DNA from: Promethearchaeota archaeon | GTDB taxonomy: Archaea; Asgardarchaeota; Lokiarchaeia; Sigyniarchaeales; SOKP01 | DNA length: 64,000 nucleotides | Assembly: GCA_011364925.1 (NCBI GenBank) | Contig: RDOA01000003.1 | Coordinates: 80,068-144,067 of the forward strand | Direction: 5' to 3' | The notes under the pieces: generated by a model | Database searches by the model: none | Seen by the model: only the letters and a program-made list of their open reading frames with translations | What the model was told of the DNA's origin: nothing | Part shown: in pieces, positions 59,291 through 64,000 of the stretch | Numbering within the stretch: the first letter of the stretch is position 1 | How the letters are laid out: every line of letters starts with the position of its first letter | Program-made: the position numbers and the translations under genes

Positions 59291-61039
59291 TTATAGTTCA
59301 ACTAAAACCTCTTCCTCGTCAGATTTCTTTTTGAATTTCCGTAAAAGTTTTGAGAATCTCAGCGGTTTTCCTTGGTAATTTAGTTCTACAAGTGCTTGAT
59401 CTTGATAGATATGAAACAAATCGTGTGACAACTTCTCCCATTCTCTGCAAATTTCTAAGGTTTCTGTATCATTTCTTAAAAGAGAATCATGTGCAATTAT
59501 TCTCGACAGCTCAGTAGCAAAATATCTAACAGATTCTTGATCCACTCCCTCAAGCAAATCCCTAACAAATTCATCAGCAGAATACCATTCAGCAACTCTT
59601 TGAAAATCGCGATGTATTTGGGCAAGTAAGACATTTCGAGGGCCTTCCCATAATTCCATTATTAGAGAATCTCGATGTAAACGAGGAAAATCGATAAAAT
59701 CTTCCATAATTCCATGTCCACCAAAGAACGAGATTGCTTTACGGATTATCGCGGGGGCATCGTCAGCCACAACTATTTTTTGTAGCATTATAAGCTCTCG
59801 TAACCTAAAACGCCTTTTTCGTTCAGTTAAGTCTTCGATTTTTTGTAGTTCTCTTATTCCGCTAATAAGTTTTTCGTTAAAGTGGATGTATTCTGAATAC
59901 ACTTTGAACGCTCCTACAGCACTTCGCATTGCGTTGTGATTAACTTCATTAATTTGGTTAATCATAAGTGGAAATGAAGAGACAGGAACTCCAAAAGCAG
60001 TTCGAAACTGGGAATATAATATTGCTTCTCTGGATACTCTAAGTAACCCTGCAGCCATACCAAACGCAACGTGCAACCTAGATAGGGAAAGGACAATGCC
60101 TACAATATCCGCTAAACCTTTTTCAAGTGGTCCCACAGGATAAGCGACCGCTCCGTTATATGTAATTTCGGCTGTCGGAAGTTCAGCGGTTCCAAGTTTT
60201 TGTTTAAGTCTATCAATCGTAAAGGAATTTCTAATTCCTCTGTCTTTATTTCCTGGAAGCCATGCTGGAACTACAAAAGCGGCTACTCTTGTTGATGAGG
60301 GAACATTTTTTGGTTTGGCTGTCACTACTGCGTAATCTGCTTGCATTGCGGAGCAGAAAAACTTTTGACCATACAACCGCCAACAATTCGAAACACCATC
60401 GGGGCCTTCTTCTTCTTCATACACAGCTTCAACGAGATTTGCAGGAACATCGCTACCACCCTGAACTTCGCTAACAAACTGTGAACCTAATTTATAACCT
60501 CCAATACCGTTTCTTAATTCTGTTAAGGCATTATAGGCTTCTGGTTCTAGCTCGCTTTCATATTTTTGAAGCAGTTCTACAGCACCATGGGTACACGCTA
60601 TCGGGCACATGACTCCAGCTTCGCCAATTTGGTAGAGTAAAAACATTTTGATAAATTTACTCCAAGGACTGTTTCGCTTCGGATCGAATAAGCCTAAGTC
60701 AAAAATTTCTCGCTCAAGCGTTTCAGTTTCGGAGCACCTTTTTATTTGATCAATGCGATGATTATACGCATCGAAATGCTGAATAATTGTGCATTTTACT
60801 CGATTCTCAAGCCGAGTTGCCTCGTTAGCAAGAACTCTAAATCGAATTGATACGATGTCTGATAGGTCTCGCAATTCTGAATCGATTTTTTCAAACTCAT
60901 TAAAGGGGACATAATTCTTAACTAACGCTTGAAAAAATTCATCGTCTCGGTAAAAATTGAAATTATTCTTTACAAAAACATAATCATCAAATGAGTATGG
61001 ATTATTTCTATTTCCTTCCTGATCGCTCGTTCTTACCAC
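59291..61039 (-). CDS. Acyl-CoA dehydrogenase, AidB-like
   Basis: CPIACT, SEVQGGSDV, YGQKFFCSA, RLKQKLGT, FGGHG, WEGPRNV. Confidence 0.9.
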   Translation of the reverse strand: MVRTSDQEGNRNNPYSFDDYVFVKNNFNFYRDDEFFQALVKNYVPFNEFEKIDSELRDLSDIVSIRFRVLANEATRLENRVKCTIIQHFDAYNHRIDQIKRCSETETLEREIFDLGLFDPKRNSPWSKFIKMFLLYQIGEAGVMCPIACTHGAVELLQKYESELEPEAYNALTELRNGIGGYKLGSQFVSEVQGGSDVPANLVEAVYEEEEGPDGVSNCWRLYGQKFFCSAMQADYAVVTAKPKNVPSSTRVAAFVVPAWLPGNKDRGIRNSFTIDRLKQKLGTAELPTAEITYNGAVAYPVGPLEKGLADIVGIVLSLSRLHVAFGMAAGLLRVSREAILYSQFRTAFGVPVSSFPLMINQINEVNHNAMRSAVGAFKVYSEYIHFNEKLISGIRELQKIEDLTERKRRFRLRELIMLQKIVVADDAPAIIRKAISFFGGHGIMEDFIDFPRLHRDSLIMELWEGPRNVLLAQIHRDFQRVAEWYSADEFVRDLLEGVDQESVRYFATELSRIIAHDSLLRNDTETLEICREWEKLSHDLFHIYQDQALVELNYQGKPLRFSKLLRKFKKKSDEEEVLVEL

Positions 61040-61126
61040 CTATTAGATTTCTATACTGTTATCGAAATTAGCTATTATTAATAAGTTAAATGAATTTTTA
61101 AATAATGGCATTCAAAAATAGAAATT

Positions 61127-61906
61127 TTAAAGTATTAGAGAAGTTAATGTTTTTACAGCTAGCAAGAATAAAGTGTGCATATGTTCCTCAGTCAAGTGGA
61201 AATGTAACTCCCAACTATCTTCAGACAAATAGTCACTAATGGTAAAAATTGCGCCTGCATCAATGTTAAAAACTTTTGCTATCGTGAATATCGCAGACGC
61301 TTCCATTTCAACCGTTAATACACCTTCGTCTTTATAATGGTTTATTTCGGCTATTGTTTCTCGATATGGAGCATCAGTTGTCCAGGTTGTTCCAGTGTGA
61401 TAGTTTAGTTCCATTCCTTTTGCTGTTTCAATCAATTTCTCAGTTAACCATGGAGAAGGATATGCATACTTCTCAGTTAAAGCGTAGTGATGTGAAGTCC
61501 CCTCGTCTCTAATGGCTTTCGTACAGATAACAGTACTACCTAACTGGATGTTTTTTTGTAGCGAACCAGCTACCCCCATTGAGACAAAGTTCTTTACTCC
61601 AAAAGCATTAAGTTCTTCCATAAGAATTCCAGTAATTGGAGCTCCAACTCCCATAGCCCAACAGATGGCAATTTTTTTATCGTAATCGTTTAAAAGATAG
61701 AATTTTTTACCAAAAACATTATCTACTTTAGAAAGAGAATAATTTTCCACTATAAAGTCTATAAACGAGGGAGAATAACAAATTATTACTCCTTTAGGAG
61801 GTGTGATTTCTGGGAATATCCCTAATTCTTTCTTATACTTCCAGAAATCTTGAGCGTGTAAAAAGCTCTTCTCAGTGTGTTTGTTTGGATAGTTTGGAAA
61901 TACCAT
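61127..61906 (-). CDS. Nucleoside phosphorylase (PNP/UDP family)
   Basis: GVGAP, GVAGSL, AIRDEGTS, WTTDAPYRET, VEMEAS. Confidence 0.92.
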   Translation of the reverse strand: MVFPNYPNKHTEKSFLHAQDFWKYKKELGIFPEITPPKGVIICYSPSFIDFIVENYSLSKVDNVFGKKFYLLNDYDKKIAICWAMGVGAPITGILMEELNAFGVKNFVSMGVAGSLQKNIQLGSTVICTKAIRDEGTSHHYALTEKYAYPSPWLTEKLIETAKGMELNYHTGTTWTTDAPYRETIAEINHYKDEGVLTVEMEASAIFTIAKVFNIDAGAIFTISDYLSEDSWELHFHLTEEHMHTLFLLAVKTLTSLIL

Positions 61907-62095
61907 ATTTTTTTTAAGGATTGAAGAAATAAGAAACTTTTTGAATAGTGTTAAAACAGATCATTTTTGAATAAGATTGTTCTCAATTTTTGATCAATTC
62001 AAGTTCCTTATTTTTTAAAGTTTTAAAGTTCAAATTCGATTGTTGATTAATTATTTATTATTTATATTTCAAAGTGTTAAATTTCGGAGAAGAAG

Positions 62096-64000
62096 TTGAC
62101 TGTTAGCACACCTTCCAAACGGATATTTAATCTTAAAAACAACCTGCTCTCTAGTAAGTATGAATTGTGTATCGAGCGTATGAGATTCTTCACTGAAGTT
62201 TATAAACAATTTCCAGATGATCCCGAAATAATTAAAAGGGCGAAAGCAATCGCATACACTCTTAGAAATATGACAATTTTTATTAGAGACGATGAACTAC
62301 TTGTCGGAAACGAGACTAGTAAAAATTTAGGTGAAAAACTCAACCTTGATCTGCATTGCTACGATAACATCTTAGAGAAAAGAACCACTTACAAGAAACT
62401 ACGAAGAAGAAAAGTTCAACCTTTTATTATAGACGAATCTGATATCGATGAGTTGCTTGAAATTATTCCATTTTGGAAAGGAAAATCGCTATTAGATAGT
62501 CGGATTAATAAACAATTATTAAAAGAAAACCTTATAACTGGAGAAGATCAAATCGCTTCCTTAGCTCCGAATATTGCCGTTCAAGTTGGAACGACAGAAG
62601 GTCATTTATGTGCTGGTTATGAAAAACTGTTAAAGTTTGGATATAATGGGATACTCGAAGAGGCTGAATTATATCAATCTAAGTTAGACAAAAACGATGT
62701 AGAGTATCAAGTTAAATATAATTTCTATGAGGCTGTTAAAATCTATTATAGAGCAGCGAAGGATTTTTTAATTCGGTTTGCAAATCTCGCTCTTGAAATG
62801 GCAGAAAAAGAAAGAGATGAAATTCGAAAGAAAGAGCTTAAAATTATTGGAGCCATGATGAACAAGTTTACCAAAGAGATTCCCGATACTTTTTATGAAG
62901 CAGTCCAATTCATATGGTTTACTCAAAATATTATAAATATCACCTATCAAAGAAGTGTTGTAGCATTAGGTCGCTTAGATCAGATTTTATGGCCTTATTA
63001 TCTAAATGATCTCGAAAACGGGTTGATTGACAGAGAAAAAGCGTTAGAACTAATCGAAGAATTAAATCTTAAACTAACCTGGAATGTAACTATACTCCCG
63101 AACGATTTTACTCTAGTAGCAAATGCACTCGGTCAGAACACACAGACTATAACTATAGGCGGGATAGATTCGCGTGGTAATGACGCAACGAACGATTTAT
63201 CCTTCCTTTTTCTTGAAGCTTATAAAAAGGTAAAAGTATTTACAACTGATCTTTCGGTAAGAGTTCATACGAGCACTGCAAAAGAGTTTTTTGAAGAAGC
63301 AATTAAAGTTTTTAGACATACTTCCGGAATTGCTTTTTATAACGATGAAGTTATCGTCCCAGCACTTAACAATATTGGGTATAAATTAGAAGACGCGCGT
63401 CATTACGTCATTATCGGATGCGTGGAACCTACAGGACAAGGAAATAGCTTTTCGGCTACAGGACGAATGTTTATGAATTTACCCGGTGTATTGGAACTTA
63501 CTCTAAATAATGGTTTTAGCAATTTTTCTCAAAAAATTGATGGTTTACAAACGGGAAATCCAAAAGAGTTTGTCACATACGAACAGTTTTACGATGCCTT
63601 TAAACGCCAGCTTAAAGATAATATTGAAAGGTCGGTTAAAATCGCTGAAGTCGGAGATCAAGAAGTTATAAACTATTTTCAGCACCCATTCGTGTCAGCC
63701 ACGCTGGATGGATGTTTAGAAAGCGGGAAAGATTATGTGTGCGGTGGTGCTAAATACAATTTTTCTTCAATAACTGCTTATGGATTTGCAACCCTAGTTG
63801 ACTCGATCTACAATATTAAAAAAGTTGTTTACGATGAAAAATTGATGGAACTATCAGATTTCGTAGAAATTCTTAACTCAAATTACCAAGATAAAGAAAT
63901 TTTTCGTCAAAAATTAATTAATAATTACGAAAAATGGGGAAACGATCTTAAGGAGATAGATGCTCTTGCCAATGAATTATGGGACTTGTTCACAAAAGAA
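62096..64000 (+). CDS. Glycyl-radical enzyme (PFL-like family, lyase/dehydratase type), truncated by window end
   Basis: Not in ORF track. TTG 62096 after GGAGAAG; open frame with IRDDELLVGN, GH, TFYEAVQ, LGRLDQ, TITIGG, GCVEP, GGAKYN, KWGND. Confidence 0.92.
   Translation, partial: MTVSTPSKRIFNLKNNLLSSKYELCIERMRFFTEVYKQFPDDPEIIKRAKAIAYTLRNMTIFIRDDELLVGNETSKNLGEKLNLDLHCYDNILEKRTTYKKLRRRKVQPFIIDESDIDELLEIIPFWKGKSLLDSRINKQLLKENLITGEDQIASLAPNIAVQVGTTEGHLCAGYEKLLKFGYNGILEEAELYQSKLDKNDVEYQVKYNFYEAVKIYYRAAKDFLIRFANLALEMAEKERDEIRKKELKIIGAMMNKFTKEIPDTFYEAVQFIWFTQNIINITYQRSVVALGRLDQILWPYYLNDLENGLIDREKALELIEELNLKLTWNVTILPNDFTLVANALGQNTQTITIGGIDSRGNDATNDLSFLFLEAYKKVKVFTTDLSVRVHTSTAKEFFEEAIKVFRHTSGIAFYNDEVIVPALNNIGYKLEDARHYVIIGCVEPTGQGNSFSATGRMFMNLPGVLELTLNNGFSNFSQKIDGLQTGNPKEFVTYEQFYDAFKRQLKDNIERSVKIAEVGDQEVINYFQHPFVSATLDGCLESGKDYVCGGAKYNFSSITAYGFATLVDSIYNIKKVVYDEKLMELSDFVEILNSNYQDKEIFRQKLINNYEKWGNDLKEIDALANELWDLFTKE

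Noticed and set aside
61938-61982. Third copy of the GAACA/TGTTC operator
   Set aside because: Only partial matches (TTTTTGAATA twice, one TGTTC) in AT-rich DNA; could be chance.
1443-62950. Overlapping or antisense ORFs in the track (e.g. 16762-17133, 20415-20897, 24542-25090, 34211-34825, 38914-39144, 52388-52678, 62768-62950)
   Set aside because: Shadow frames of well-supported genes or low-complexity AT-rich frames with no motifs.

Overview
AT-rich archaeal chromosomal segment, most likely from an Asgard archaeon (Lokiarchaeia/Promethearchaeota). The evidence is a Rab-like GTPase, a TPR-longin protein, two Roadblock/LC7 genes, a VWA-RING protein, and several NosD/CASH beta-helix surface proteins with TM-basic tails. 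About 58 CDS are supported, including four missing from the ORF track: a partial wHTH gene at the left edge, two small ORFs, and a partial glycyl-radical enzyme at the right edge. No rRNA, tRNA, CRISPR array, integrase or transposase was seen. The main feature is a ~10 kb co-directional cluster (18.1-28.0 kb) divergent from an Lrp regulator: tusA, dsrE-dsrF-dsrH, dsrE2, hdrC-hdrB-hdrA, mvhD, an mvhG-like gene, an FrhB::GltD-like chimeric flavoprotein with a C-terminal HTH, and a second tusA. It has no hydrogenase large subunit, DsrC or LbpA. This looks like a pyridine-nucleotide-linked, possibly bifurcating Hdr complex coupled to a protein persulfide relay. Other highlights are a divergent RtcB-fold protein, a TFIIH p44/Ssl1-like VWA-2xRING protein, a relic duplicate of an MFS gene 3' end bracketing a surface-protein gene, a membrane-anchored HTH regulator with a candidate shared operator, and a possible small-antitoxin/nucleotidyltransferase pair. 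All functional calls come from motif recognition by eye; no searches were run.
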